Assembly: GCA_905178155.1 (NCBI GenBank)
Contig: CAJINV010000003.1
Location: 11,458,733 to 11,522,732 of the forward strand
Length of the DNA stretch: 64,000 bases
Origin: Amoebophrya sp. A120
Lineage: Eukaryota; Protista; Dinoflagellata
Direction of reading: 5' to 3'
In this document: positions 27,349 to 40,855 of the stretch, in pieces
Numbering within the stretch: position 1 is the stretch's first letter
How the letters are laid out: each line of letters opens with the position of its first letter
Notes under the pieces: generated by a model
What the model saw: the letters and a program-made list of their open reading frames with translations, nothing else
Told to the model about the DNA's origin: nothing
Database searches by the model: none
Program-made: the position numbers and the translations under genes

Positions 27349-29960
27349 CGTGGGCGTAGGGGTCGCTTTGTTCTTGGCGGATTTCTTTCTGGAAACCGCT
27401 GTCGCTGCAGTCGCGAACAGCCGGCGCTGGCTGTTCTTGAGAGGAGCTCGTACAGCTGGTAGACTGCGAACCTCTACTCGTCCTCTGGCATTCGGTCCAT
27501 TTTCTATGTTAAACTGCGCCGGTCGTTCCGGTTTCTGCGTTGTTACGTAGGAGAAGGTTCTGAAGAGTTTAGAAGAATATAGTCGTGGGTACTTAGGTTT
27601 TGATGTTGACACACCTCCTGTCACTGTGGTGTCGCAAGAAAGATAATCAGCAGAGTGGAAGTGGGGGCAGGTACTAGGTGCTCCTAGGCCGTGGGAGGTG
27701 AAGTTAATTCTACGAGCCGTAAATAGAAGTGCACGGTCACAGTTCGTGAAGTAGTTAAAGGAACTGATGTGGCGGTGGAGTCTCGTAGTTTTTTTCCACG
27801 ACCTGGTAGTAAAAGGTAGCATAGATCTTACTTAGAAGGTTCACAAGGGGACTATGTATTCATTTCACACTTGAGTAGGGGCAACAAGGCACTCATCTTC
27901 TGCCCTCCACGTCGGTAATCTTCAACTTTATCGCGTGCAGGAGCTGCATTTTTTCATCTTCTTGTACTTTTCTCTATGAGGACGGAGTTGTGAGATTCTT
28001 GTTGGATATATGGATATGAACATCTTCTACAGGAGGATTAGGAATCATCCTTCTCTTGTTCTGGACAACTTCGGTGAGCGCAAATGTTGTCTGGTTGGTG
28101 CGAGTCCCCTCCTCACCTTCAGGTCCTCGTCGTAGATAACGTGCTGAGGGTGAGCAGGCTGACATTCATTATTCTAAAGTTCAAGCTTAATGGTCAAGAA
28201 GCGCTTCTGTGAATATTCTTTCGCTTTGACGTCGTACTTGAGGCGCTACAAAGATCTTCTGCTGGAAGCACAACAGCAACAAGGCGATGCGAATAGCTAC
28301 ATGATCCAAGCTGCAGAGAGATGATCTCAACAAACAAGAAGCTCTACGACAAGAAGCTGCTGCTGCATCAAACCGAGGGACGGCACCAGAGAGGTGGAAG
28401 ACTGACGCAAGAGTACGTACATCTCGACAATGCGAAGCGTGCGAGCAGCTGCTGCGCATCGTCACGACGCAAAAGAATGAATACAGATACAGAAACCGCA
28501 AGCTTATCTTTACTTGCTCAGTCACAATCTTCAACCTGCTGATGCACGACACAGAGCCAATGCCTAGTAGAACATTTTTCTCTGGGTATTTTGCCCCCTA
28601 CGCCTCGCAGAAGCTTTTTGGTTCGGATCAATGTCCGACCACGCCAACGGGAAGCCTGCTTGTGTTTATTTTTGGTGAAGAGTACAACTTACTCAAATTC
28701 AAATTTTACACGAGCGTTGCTATTTTTTTGTCAAACGGTTTTTGGTAGAGATCAAATCGTACATAAATGCATCGCAAAAAGAAAAATCTTCATGCACTTT
28801 GTATGAGATCGAGAGGAAGTACTATGTTCTTGGTGTAAAGCTGTGCCGGCCTTGGAAGTCGAGGGCTTAGTTGTTGTGTAGTTCACGGAGAGATTAATTT
28901 ATCCAAAAAGATGGAAAAATCAAGGCACAGCTTTTCTCATCAGATTCAGAAGAACCAATCAGAAAAACATTGTCCAGCTTCGAGTCGCTTTGTCAAGGCG
29001 CGGCATCATCATAGTGATCATGCAGCGTGTTCAAAAATAATTGCAGCAGTTGTCACTTAGAGTAGAATGAGCATACCAGCGGAGGAGGAGGACCAAGGTA
29101 GAAAAATACATCTACAACGAGCCACTGACTACATTCATTCTAGTTTTGCCGCATTGTCGGCACTTTCAGCTACAGCTTTACAAAGTTTTAGAGCAATGCA
29201 TCCAGACGATTATAGTCTCCACTCAGCAAGGTCGCAGTCATGAAAATGTCTCAGAATCATACAAGTATTTAAGTATAGCAAAAAAAACATAGAAGAGGAA
29301 ATAGAGTACCGATTGCACAATACATACCCTCGGACTCTGAAAATTGCACCGTCATAGACATGAAATAGCGCTCAATGTGACGGCTTTTATCTTCAAGGAT
29401 GTCGAAAATTATAACCTGAAAGGCAACTACGTAAAATCTTACGACGTAAAATGTTAGAAAGTATCTGGATTAGAAAACTCCGCCTGTTCGAGACATTGCA
29501 TTAATGTAAAAATCATATGCGTAAGCGTAGTTAGACTAGGATAAAAGACTTGGTCTCGAATTAATCTGGAGTTACTTAACAGAGTACGTGTACGACCCGT
29601 CCGCGACCGCGTGATCGTGAAATCGTTAGTGTTTCATCATCAAAATCTATACATGTTGCTAGCATTGGTGAACTGAACATTTAGACTTTATCAGAACTAC
29701 AGACGTCGTTATTTGCACAGAATTTTCCAACAGAAAAAAAAAGTGAGAAATGTTCTGGAGTGTTAGTGTTACAATCGCAGTTTCGGGGGGAAATGGATGT
29801 CGTGGCTTCTGAGAAAAAAGAAAGAGTTGCGCTACTCTTCCATGTCCGAAGACAAACAGCTATTGCTATTGCTAAGCATATAACATCATTAGCTCAAACA
29901 ATAACAAACCACTTCACGACTTCCCTAATAATATCGCCGTCGTGATAAAAACGCACCAAA

Positions 29961-32900
29961 TCACTTCCTGCTTTGGTTCATGGACTGCATCCCGCTTTTT
30001 GGCATGCCGGACTGCATTCCAGACTCCGGAATCGCGGACATAGGCACACTGCCACCCGCCCCAAAAGACTGTCCTCCCGGAATATTAATCGGCATCTGGC
30101 TCAACTTGTCCGATCGGATATCCAACGTGTTTCCGCCGCGTGGCTGCACGACTATCGACGCGTTTTCATCGATGCCGCCCATTCCACCAGCTCCTCCTCC
30201 TTGCGGCTTCTGGATGCCAAAGTTCGAAACAAAAGCGGAACCGTTGATCGCCGCCTTTCCCTTTCCCTTCTGCCCGGGAGCGATAGATTGGATGTAGGTG
30301 TTCGGCATCGCAGCCGCATTTGGGAGCACTCCCGCGACAGATCTCGCGTCCAACGTGTTACCCCCCGCGCGGGACTGCACGACGGATGGCTCGATGACAG
30401 ACTCATTATTCGAAGAACTCACGGTGGACTGCTTTATCGACCCGGTCGCAGACCCCGGCTGCGAACCCGGACCTCCACGCTGGGACGCAGTTTTGTTGGA
30501 CAGTTTGATTGCACCTCCAACGGTCGCGGCACTGCGGGCACTACTAGAAGTACTTGCGTCAAAAGCCTGGGAATGCTGCTGCTGTTTAAGCGATTTAGCG
30601 GAATTCAACCGCTTGATGCCGCCGTAGCTGGAGATTGCACCGGCGCTGATTCTATCTTCTTCGGCACCTTTCACTTCCTCCATACCCGACATGGGCGCAA
30701 TTCCGCTGCCCATGCCGAGATTCTGTGATGCGGATCGCGGCGCACCGGTTTCTGGGTCCACGTTTTGTGAAGTAGACTGTTGGACAAAGCTGTTCGCCCC
30801 GTTCTGCTGACTGGCCATCATCGAAGCGACTTTCGAGCCGGTCTTGGATTGAATGCCGCTCTGCTGCTGCTGCGACAGAGCTCGCTTGGACTGCTGCGCC
30901 GGGCTGCCGATACCACCGGTGCCGGAACCCATAGTGGCAGAAGCACCAGCAGCATCAGCTCCGGTCGGAGACATGGACCCACCAGTACTGTCGCCCGCGT
31001 AGTAGTTGCCTGAAACAGTAGAAGCATTTTGCTGTTGCGACATCTTTTGGGCAGAAGTGGTGGCATTAAAATCATCGACAACCGAACCTGGCGCAGCGAC
31101 GCTGCCGTTCTTGACCGACCCCGGCTGAGTTGCGCTGCCTTTTCCGCTCACAATAGCATCACCTTGCCCTCCCGACATGTTACTTCTATTCCCTCTGATA
31201 CTACCCAGCAGTGTTGGGTAAAAACTGTCAGCACCGCCAGCAGCAACTACCGCGCTTTGATGTTGTTCCTTCTTATCGTACTTCGACGCCTGCTGACTGC
31301 CCGGCACCTGCGCGGAGTGGCTCATGATCACTTCCCCAGCCGATTCCAAAGCGACATTCCTCTTGGTGATCCTTTGCGTCAGATTCGGCCTCTCTTCCCG
31401 TTTGCCCTCGTCCTGGTAATCTTCACAATACGCCCGGTCCATTCGGTCCACCAGTCTTTCTGCCTGTTCCGTGTCGAAGAGTAGGAAAACTTCCTTTCCC
31501 TTCGGCAGCCGCATAGCCAAATACACCGCATTCCCGTCCGCGTCCCATTCTACCAAATGGTGTCCGCGCGCGGCGGAAAACCCGACTTTCGCGACCTCCT
31601 GCCCGTTATCAAATGCAAAAGTGTCTGGGTCTGGAAGATTCTGAGACTTGTCATGCACGTTTTGCACCTAGAAAACCAAAGCGACACAAAGACCTTTTTT
31701 TTTTTGGCTCGGACCCCCCACCCGCCTCAGCGATCTCGGATGTGAGTGTGCCCAGTCATGCGCAAAACCTGAAGAAGACATGACCAAAAAAAAACTTGGA
31801 TGCTGCGGAGTCGCATGGAAAACAGAAAACTCCGAGCGGGCAACATCGCACATGCGCGACCGGCGGAAACGAGAAGTAGGGAACAAGGGTGTCTAGTAAG
31901 GAGGAATGCAGGCCTCCCCCCCGTAGGGTTGAAACTGGTGAAAGTGGAATAGTGCGACAGGCTTAAGATACTACGCGTCCAAGTCAGTGCGAGTCGCAGC
32001 AGCGCTAGATAAAACGGTCCCGGCCCGAATCTGGCGAACCACCAGGGGCTACAGGGTAGAAGAAAAGCGGGAGTGCAGGCCCTTAAGTTAGTGCTTGACG
32101 CGGAGATAACAGCAGCCGGATAAAATGTGATCGGGGCTGGGAACCGGAGTGCAGGCCGGGGCACCAGCATACTAAGGGAGCGCGAAAAAAAGGAAGTCGA
32201 GGAGTGCAGGCCTCGAGCGAGTAAAATAGGTCCGCGGCTGTCTGTGCCTAGAGTGAGATAAATGTTAGCGACTAAGTAACTATCATGAAGCATCTATCTA
32301 CCCACCCCGATCAGTCCGCTGGCAAGACGGAAAAAAAACATCTGCCCCTGCAAGCCATGCGGGATCCGCCACCTAGCGCTACAAGGATTCCAGAAGTAAG
32401 CGAGACGACAAGAAGGAAGACCTCGAGGAACCATCCACAACCAAGAACCTTGGAAAAGTGGGCCATGATGTCTGTGATGCATGCCCTAGCATCACAGACT
32501 TTTTGAGGGCTTTGCCATACCTATTCCGCATGAAAAATGCCCTCTCCGCGTAGCCAAAATTGCATTCCCTTTGCTGGTCATGCACTACAGATTTTTTTGG
32601 AATCCAAATGCAGCATCACAAGTTCGGATTCTTCCAGACCCAGACATTTTTGCATTTGGTACCCGTAGGACTTGTCCCCCTGCGTGTTGTTAAAGAACGT
32701 GACCGAGGAAATCGACACGCAGCAGAGCAAATCTAGCTGCGCCATGTCCACCAACGGCTGCCGGACCTTCCCCTGCGACAGCTTCGCGATCACCTGCTTC
32801 GACTCTTCCGACTCCAACTCCGCGCGCGACCGCTGACGGCCGACAAACTGTCGGGTCGCGAAAGCCTTCAAACGTTGCAGCGACTTTAACAAAACCGCGG

Positions 32901-35900
32901 CGCGGGCGAGGTGGCTCGTTCCGGCGTTCTCCAACACGTGATTCAAATACAGCTCGGACATGATCATCTTCCGCCAGTCGACCGGCGACCTTCGCCCGAT
33001 CTGCTGCGCTGGGAGCAAAAACTTCAGCGTGTTTTCGTTCGCGACGAACTGCTTCGTCTGCCGCGCGCGCGTCTATCAAATGTAAAAATGTCTGGGTCTG
33101 GAAGACTGCCAGGTTTGCGTTTGTGTTGCATATTCTGCATCAGCCACGAAGCCCTGTAATGCACGGCCTAGCATCACAGATTTTTAGAAGGCTTTGTGAT
33201 GCCTATTCCGCATGAGAGATATTACCCTCTCCACGTGGCACAAACTGGCCTCGTCTTGAGCTGGTCATGCAACACAGATTTGTTTAGAATTGACCGACAG
33301 CATCACAAGTTGGATCCTTCCAAACCCAGACACTTTTACACTTGATAGCGTCAGGTAGACCGCGATCTGCGCCGCGATCCAGGCCAGTTTGTGTTCGTTT
33401 TCCGGCACGTGGTACTTATAACCTGCTCAGGTGTTACTATCTCAATAAACATTGCAATAGAATCTGGAATTTGTGTTGCAAGAAGTGCATGATCTACCCT
33501 ACTCCCACAGGATTACGCATGACAAGTTCTGGTGTCCCAATCCGCACTACAATCTGGCGAAATTTGTATTGCAGAAAGTGGAATGCTGTCCGAGTCTATC
33601 ATGTTGATCATGCAAGACAGATCTCAGATTCTATTGTAACGTTTGAGATTGTAACGTTTGAGCAGGTCATAGTACTCGAGCAAGTACTCTTGTAACGCTT
33701 GTTCCACGGTCAAACAGGTGAAGACCATGTCCACCGTGGACACCACCTCCCTGGGCTTGATGAACCTCCGCTTGAACATCAGCTCCAACTGCGGCTCTTT
33801 CTTCAGCATGGGGATTAAATTCTTGTTGTTCGACAACGGTTCCGCGTGCCCCGTGCGGAAGAGCGAGAACTCGCTCTGGTTCGTCGACAGCGAGTGCTGC
33901 GTCGCGGTCCGCAGGGCCACGTCCTGGGCGGTCATGAGATCCTTCAGGTCGTCCAGAGCGACGAGCTTCGGTTTCCGCGGTTTGCACGTGGCGTCCAGCC
34001 GGGCCGTTTGCTCCCGGATGTCAAACCCCTCCATGGACCACACCTGGACCGTCAAACCGTCGCCTGACTTATGGTGCACCTCCGTCGTGTTTCCGGCCGT
34101 CGCATCGTACTTGGTCATGCTGTCCCAGCACGCGTTCTGCACCGCCAGGAGCATCTTTCTCCCGTCCTCCGGCAAATTTTCCACCTCCGGCGTTTCCGTT
34201 TTGTCGATGCTGTTCAGGATGAAGGCCCGCACGTACTCGATGAAATTAGCCTGCGGAGGCACCTGGTTTAACAGGTGCTGCATCAACTTCCACCCGAGCA
34301 GCTTGGAGCGGAGGCCCGGGTTGTTGGTCAGTTGCTTCATGATCATGGCGTACACCTCGTTGGTCAAGAATTCGTCGTTTTTTGCCTTGTGGATAATTGT
34401 GAAGGCGAGGGGCGCGCGGCGCTTGTTATCCACCGGGTGGTCGCACATCCAGGCACACAGGTTCTTGAAGATGTTCATGGCCGCGTCGGTCAGCTGCGTG
34501 TTCGGCAGGTTGGTCAAAGACCCCGGGATCTTGTACCTGATACAGTAAAAGACGATGGCACTTTTGGTTTATAATTTGCGTAAGCAGTTATAGATTTGCT
34601 GTGGACGAAGATCATGAAAAAGTCGAAGAGCTGTTAGAAAAAAAGAAGTTTATATGCCTAGTCACAACTCATGCAATCATGAAAAGCAAAGTTGAAGCAT
34701 GAAGAAGAAGATCGTGATCGGAAGATCATGCAAATATAAATACTTGGTCCACGAGCAGGCCCCGAGGGGGTCGAGCGGGTCCACCTTCGTTCCGTCCCTC
34801 TTGTATCGGGTTTTCACGGTTGTCGTGTTGATGATCGGCGCCAGGTCCCACCTGGAAAACAGAATCTGCCCCACTTCGCGGGTCTCGTCGTCCTTGTCCT
34901 TCCCGACAAACATCGACCCGAAGGCCGCGTTCGCCGTCTTTTTCAAGGTTTTGGAGATGGAAGTGGTCTCCGTGGCCGCCACGCCGGCTTTTTCCGCCGC
35001 CGCAACGAGATTCGTGGACGCTTTGAGGAGTTTGGTCGTTTGGTTCTCCGTCAGATCCTGGTTGTGCAGCAACCTTTCCACGTTCTTCATCAGTTCCGCC
35101 CGGACGTACTCCGCGTTCATCAAGTTCGACAGCATTTCCTCCGCCGGCCGCAGATCCTTCGCGTCGATCCCGTTTTCGATTCCGTACTGGTAGATAATCT
35201 GGATGCGCGGGCCGTCGTAGACTTCCAGCGCGTCTTCCAGCTGAATCAGCGCGTCCGCGGCGTCGGTGATGGTCAGCCGCATGGATTTGCTGGGTTTCAG
35301 GCTGGCCATCTTTTCCGACACCCGCGCCGCCTTCCCCTCGTTGGTCGACTCCGCCAGGCGCTGCGACTTCTTCTTCTCGAACTCCGCCTTGATCGTGGCG
35401 ACCTTCAGGGGATCCATGCCCGACTGGGCACACACCATGGCGAGCGCGCTGTCCAGCTGTTCTTTTTCTTCCGCGGCGGTTTGCTTCGCGTTCTCCAGCT
35501 CCGCGAGCTGGTCCGAACCTTCCGGAAGGGTATTGATCACCTCGTCCAGTTGGGCCACCGTCTCTTCCTTCGCGTCGATGGCCTCGTGCAGATTCTCCAC
35601 CAAGGACATGCTCAAACTGTCCCCCGCCTGCAGCAGGCTGTTCGCACCCTCCAGCGCGGTTTGCCCGCGTTGCATGTTGCCCGCAGCCAGGTCGAGCTGC
35701 TCCTTGTTGTCCGCCATCGAGAAGCTCATCTCGCCCATGCGGTCGCCGGCCCCGGAGGAGGTCGCGAGGACCGCAGCGACAATGGCGGCGGCTTCGGCCG
35801 CGTTGGCCGCGTCGCGGGAAGAGGTGCCGTCTGGAATAATTTTGGACCGTTTGTATTTGATGAATTTCAAAATAGTATATGAATCGTCTACATGTTGCGC

Positions 35901-38900
35901 AACAACATCGAAAATCTCAGACAAAGGAATATGAGTTTAAGCTAGATCGAAGCAAGTGACAAGGACAACTTCAAATGGCAGGAGCTGCGTACGATGATAG
36001 AAGAAGCAAACTTTTATCTTTATACCGGAGGGCGGCCCAGCCTCGAATTTCGCCAAGACTTCCTTGACCGTGACGTACAGAGCGAAGCCAGTTTTGTCCA
36101 ACCAGGCTTGTTCCTGCGCCAAGCCCGCGTTTTCCACGCCCGCAACCATATCCTGGTACATGACGTGCACTTCCGCACCCGCGTCGTACGGCAGCGGCGG
36201 CAGCGCCTGCATGCCCTTCAACAGCGGCGCCTCCCTGGCCAGCGCGTCCGCCCGCTTTTCAAGCTTCTGCGAGAAGTCGTTGTCGATCTTCAAGGCCTTC
36301 AACGTGGAAACGGCGTTCTTCACGTCCATCACATCGAACGAAGTCATCAACTCATCCGCCCTCTGCATCACAGACAATTCCTTCTTCAGCGCCTCCACCG
36401 TCGGGCCAAAGTTGTCCGGCGCGACGCGGAGATCGGTGGAACGGTTCGCCACATCGAGCCAAAGCGACAACTGCGCGAGCGCCGCCACGATCCCCTCGCA
36501 GCCCCCGAGCAAGGCCATGCCGTCCTTCCCCGGCGCAGCGTACAGCGGGTAGGTGGCGAGCCACTTTTGGATCGCCTTTCTGGTTTCGCGCGCAACCTTG
36601 ACGCGCTTGCGCGCCCGGTACCCCCGGAACACCTTCTGGATGAGGATGGCCTTCGCGACCTTCGCGATCCGCGCCTGCTCGTCTAACGCCGCGTGCCCCT
36701 TCTGCTTCGCCATCACCTTCGTCTTGCCCATGTGGTACTGGCCCTTCAGGTCCGGCATGCTGAACGCACCCGGCAGGCCGTCCAGGATGATCTTCACCCC
36801 CGCCGCAGAGGTGAGACCCCCGGCGTTTTGCGCCTGCTTCTGCAGGTTCAGCGGGATGCAGACCCGGTAGCGGCGGAAGAAGTCCTCCGGCAGCGCGCGG
36901 TACGGGTAGCCGGCCTGGCGGATCCGCACCGCCTCGATCACACCGGAGTTGGTCAGCTGCTCCAGCGCCATCGGCGGGGTGAAAATCTGCGCCTTCTTCT
37001 CGCTGTTCGGCTTGATGCACCGGACGAAGTGTGGCTGGGACTGGTAGATCACCGCCATGAGGTCCCTCAGGGAGGCGCGGAACTGCTGGGACACAGTGAT
37101 TTTCTTCTGCCTCTCCTCCTCGCTCATCTTCTCGAAGATCTGCACCATCACCAGGTTGTTGCACGTCTTCAGAATATCCAGCGCTTCCGGCGGCGGCTCG
37201 TCCTTGTTCTTGATCTGCGCCCACCCCTGCACGTCGTAGGTCACCGGTCCGGCGTAGTGCTGCAGGGTGAACTGCGGCTTGTTGAAGCGGTCCAACGTCA
37301 AATATTTGTTGTCCTTCATGTTGGTCCGCAGTTGGTTCATGAACACCTCGTCCGTCGCCTTGATGTTTTTCGTGGTGCCGTCCAGGTAGAAGAAAATCGA
37401 GTTCTGCTGCCCGCCGATCGTGTCCAGAATCTCCTGGTTGTCCTCGAACTTGAAGTCGTCCGTCGGGACCCCCTCCGCCTCGTAGTCCCGCATCTCCGCC
37501 TTGAAAATGTAATCGTTGAAGTGTTGCTGCAGGTTCTCGTTCGACAGGTTGATCGTGATCTGCTCCCACGTGTTAAATTCGAAGGACTCGAACCCCGCGA
37601 TGTCCAACATGCCAATCTCCTTCGTCTTCCCACTGGTGTTCCTCGAGGTCGTCGTCGTTGTTCCCTGGATCGCGCCGTTCAAAAACGCCACCAGCCACTG
37701 GAAGATCTTATGGGTTGTAAAAGTGTCTGGGTCTGGAAACTTGTGATGCTGGGCGGCGAATCATGAAGAGGCCACAAGTGCTGGCTCAGCATGACAAGCT
37801 TTTGAGCTTCTAGGTGTTGGCTATTCTGCATGACAAACTGCGTTTCTGCATGGCAGCAAAATGGGGCTCATCTTGGGTAACGTGCATGACAGATTTAAGA
37901 GTCACGCCACACAAGCATGACAAACATGCACTCTTCCAGACCCAGACACTTTTGCACTTGATAGATCTTCGAGTAGTACAAGGTGGCGAGCGACTTGCGA
38001 CTGGACTTCGCGTCTTCCAGTTTCAAAGCCTTCATCGTGACTTCTTTGCCGATGGTGAGTTTCTTGTTGCAGATCGCGTCGATCAGCACCGTCGGGTCGC
38101 ACTCCCAGACGTCGCACACCGCTTGCAGCGTCGCCATGTTGTCGCACTTGCTCGTGTCGTTCCCGCCGTCGGCAAGGGCCACGTTCCCGAGCAGGAGCAC
38201 GCCCGCGGTGGCGCGGAGTAAGGCCGTGGAGACCTCGGACGACATGGTGGTGTCCTGGCAGGCGGCGAGCACCTCGCCCAACTCCTTTTTGTCGTCCCAG
38301 CCGTCGGCCGTGGCGGCGGAGTTCTGCAGGTGGAAGTAATCCGTGTTTTTATTACTGCTGAGTCCGTACTTCTTCGGGTCCTGGAGCATCATGTGGAAGA
38401 TGTGGAAGCTGCGTTCCGGCTGGTTCTGCGACACCGCGCGGGATTTCTCCAGCAGGTAATCGATCAACCCCGCCCCCTCGATCTCGTTCGCCATGGAAAA
38501 GTGCAGCGCCGTCCACTTCCCGAACCGGGACGAGTTGTTGTTCCTCGAGGTCTTGGCGTTCCCGAAGGCTTCGAGGAGCGGGTTGCACTGCATGATGCGA
38601 TCCTGAATCCCGGAGTTGCTGGCCGCGGACTGCGTGAAGTAGTGGAGCAAAATCTTACAGTTTTCCGTCTTCCCCGCGCCGGACTCCCCTGAAATCAAAA
38701 TCGCTTGGTCCTTGTTTTCGTACAACCCCATCATGGCGTTCTTCGAGATGCAGTACACGTGCGGGGGCATTTCCCGGGGGTCCGAGCAGTTTTCGTAGCG
38801 GGAGACAGCCTCCGCGTCGTACAGGCCGGGGATCACGGCGAAGGGGTTCACGGAAATGATCACGTCGTCCACCTTGGTGTAAATCTGGTTCTGCTTGTAG

Positions 38901-39214
38901 CGCCGCTTCACCGTTTCCAGCACGGAAGCGTGCGTCACGGTGCGAAGCGTGGTCACGTCGGGGACCGCCATCAAGTGATCCTCCTCGACTTCGGTGATCA
39001 AGTGTTTTTTGTCCTCCGGGACCTCGATCCGCTCCTTGGTTTCCGTGTCTTCGTAAACCAGAACGGTCTTTTTCCCCGACCCCTGCGTGATGCGCAAATC
39101 CCGCGCCGCGGTGAAGGCCTTGGTCTCGTGCGGGACCCACATGGACATGCCGGTCACGTCCGAGACCTGCATGTTGCGCCCGTGAGATTGCGGCATTTTC
39201 ATTTCCACGCCCAT
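29961..39214 (-). CDS. Unconventional myosin: motor, IQ, coiled coil, MyTH4, FERM-like domain and low-complexity tail
   Basis: GESGAGKTE, LEAFGNAKTSRNNNSSRFGK, LDIAGFE, PHFVRCIKPN, IQ motif IQKVFRGYRARK, MyTH4 NEVYAMIMKQLTNNP...GWKLM. GT-AG introns at 35831-36025 and 34537-34743, plus four introners. Confidence 0.93.
31607..32661. mobile_element. Introner family A expanded to 1055 bp by a nested insertion
   Basis: TIR TATCAAATGCAAAAGTGTCTGGGTCTGG / CCAGACCCAGACATTTTTGCATTTGGTA; TSD CCCGT; removal gives DKSYG-QEVAK. Confidence 0.92.
31667..32458 (-). other. Nested ~790-bp insert with four conserved-loop hairpins (candidate structured RNA or mobile element)
   Basis: Absent from the other family-A copies. 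Hairpins at 31900-31917, 32069-32082, 32144-32159 and 32197-32216 share the loop A(G/A)TGCAGG with different stems. Confidence 0.6.
33074..33347. mobile_element. Introner family A (274 bp) in myosin
   Basis: TIR TATCAAATGTAAAAATGTCTGGG / CCCAGACACTTTTACACTTGATA; TSD GCGTC; removal gives AVYLT-RARQ. Confidence 0.93.
33417..33671. mobile_element. Introner family F (255 bp) in myosin
   Basis: TIR TATAACCTGCTCA...GTTAC / GTAAC...TGAGCAGGTCATA; TSD GTACT; removal gives YLLEY-HVPENE. Confidence 0.9.
37709..37963. mobile_element. Introner family A (255 bp) in the myosin motor domain
   Basis: TIR TATGGGTTGTAAAAGTGTCTGGGTCTGG / CCAGACCCAGACACTTTTGCACTTGATA; TSD GATCT; removal restores LYYSKI-FQWLV. 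Very similar to 49432-49683. Confidence 0.95.
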
Positions 39215-40855
39215 GATGCTTGTTGTGCTCGTCCTTTCGGAGGTTTGCGTTTGGTGCAATTTTTAGGTCTCAATTTATTGTGTGAACGGTCGGAAGTTTG
39301 TCACTTCAACATGTATCTATTTGTGCACCAAAAATGTTGAGACGACCAGTATGTATTACGTATTTTAGAATTGTAACTTTAGTGACAAGAATTTTACAAC
39401 AAAATGGAGATTCGGATAAAGCAGAAAAAGAAATGAATGAATCGTACAAAATATTAGCACCTAGAGGTTCACACCAAGTACCGAGTTTGTAGCACCACTT
39501 TGTACAAACAGCGGTAGTGTGGAATCTTGAAAATTCTACAGGTCAGAACGACAACTTTCGGGTCATGAAGAATTGTGACAGTGTGTGGTAGTAAATGGGA
39601 ATTTTACAAGGTTCTGCATCAAAGACAAGTTGTATCTACTTATCCCTAAGGCCGTACCGACAGAGCGAGTGATAAATTTGACTACTAGTTAGAGTTTTAC
39701 AACTTTTAGGTAGAATGTCAAATTATCCGCACGGCATGCAAGAAGTTCTTGCATGGAAGGTGCTACAGAGGATGACAGAAACCTGATTCGATGTAGTTGC
39801 AAAAATTTGTTGATAGTTGATGTTGATGCCAGCAGTTTTATTTTCCAGAACTTTTCGCATTTTCGTGTTTGGCCTTGTTTTGGAGCATTTCAATTCCAAT
39901 CCGTCTTCGTGTAGCTAGTATTAAGCTTTCTAACTATAGAAGTTGGTGAGTAGGAGCAGTCATTCTAGTAATTTTCCAAAGTATCGGATTGAAGCAGTGG
40001 TGTTTGAGCGTGTAGAAGCAGTGGAGTGGAATTTCCTCCGTTGCATGGAAAACTTCTACTAAAAACCGAAGGCGGCGCAGAACCGTGGAAACAAACCGAC
40101 TCCAAAGCACACCCCAACGACCGTACATCGCTGGTGGTCGCTGCGATGATCTGAAAACCGAGGAAGGCAAGGAAAGCTTTTCTGATCTACACGTTGACCG
40201 AAAGTTGTTGTCTTCGTCTTGGTCTTGCTGCAGCTTCAGGAAAAGCTAAATGTGATGTGAAGACTACAAAATGGTAGACCGAACTAATTAAGCTTAGTTC
40301 AGAAAAAAGTGGACCGAGCGTCGTAGATTTCTGATCAGGCACAATTCAATTGAAGTTGCTCTTTCTCGAGCTTTCCAGCAGCTATTACCTTATTATGGAT
40401 TTTCAGATCTGCCTCTGTTTTTCTTGAGAATTGATTCTCATTCATCGCGATTGCAATTTCATCTTTCTTGGAAAAATCATTAGTGTTGGAGATGTTTCTG
40501 ATTAGACTTTCAATATTGGGCCTCCCCATGGAGAGCGAGAAACGGTGCACAGTTTTATTTTTAACTGAGTCTGAGACAAGTGAATCACTGATACTACTAC
40601 TGATTCATCTGTTCTTTCCTCCTGCTATACATAACAAACCGGACACGGTGGACGGAGGTCGTTATCCAATATAAAATCAGCCGCTATCATCACTAGACCT
40701 GTTCTGCAGGTCAACAAGTATGACATGACAGCAGCGTCACAAGAAAATAAAGTTGTTTGAAGCTCCAATGTCCTAACAACCCAATATGAAGGAACTGAAA
40801 ATGCTCAGAGCTACCATTTCCATTTGTTCTTCACACGCAGAAAAAAAAGTTTGTC

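Noticed and set aside
31727-32293. 188-aa ORF in the nested insert
   Set aside because: No recognisable domain or host-like codon bias; probably incidental.
31667-32460. Nested insert as a Helitron or Transib element
   Set aside because: CTAG lies near the minus-strand 3' end and CAC...GTG can be read at the edges, but there is no 5' TC, subterminal hairpin, real TIR or TSD. Left unclassified.
25679-37766. Long plus-strand ORFs (e.g. 25679-27013, 35040-35882, 36693-37766)
   Set aside because: Antisense shadows of GC3-rich TOP2 and myosin exons.
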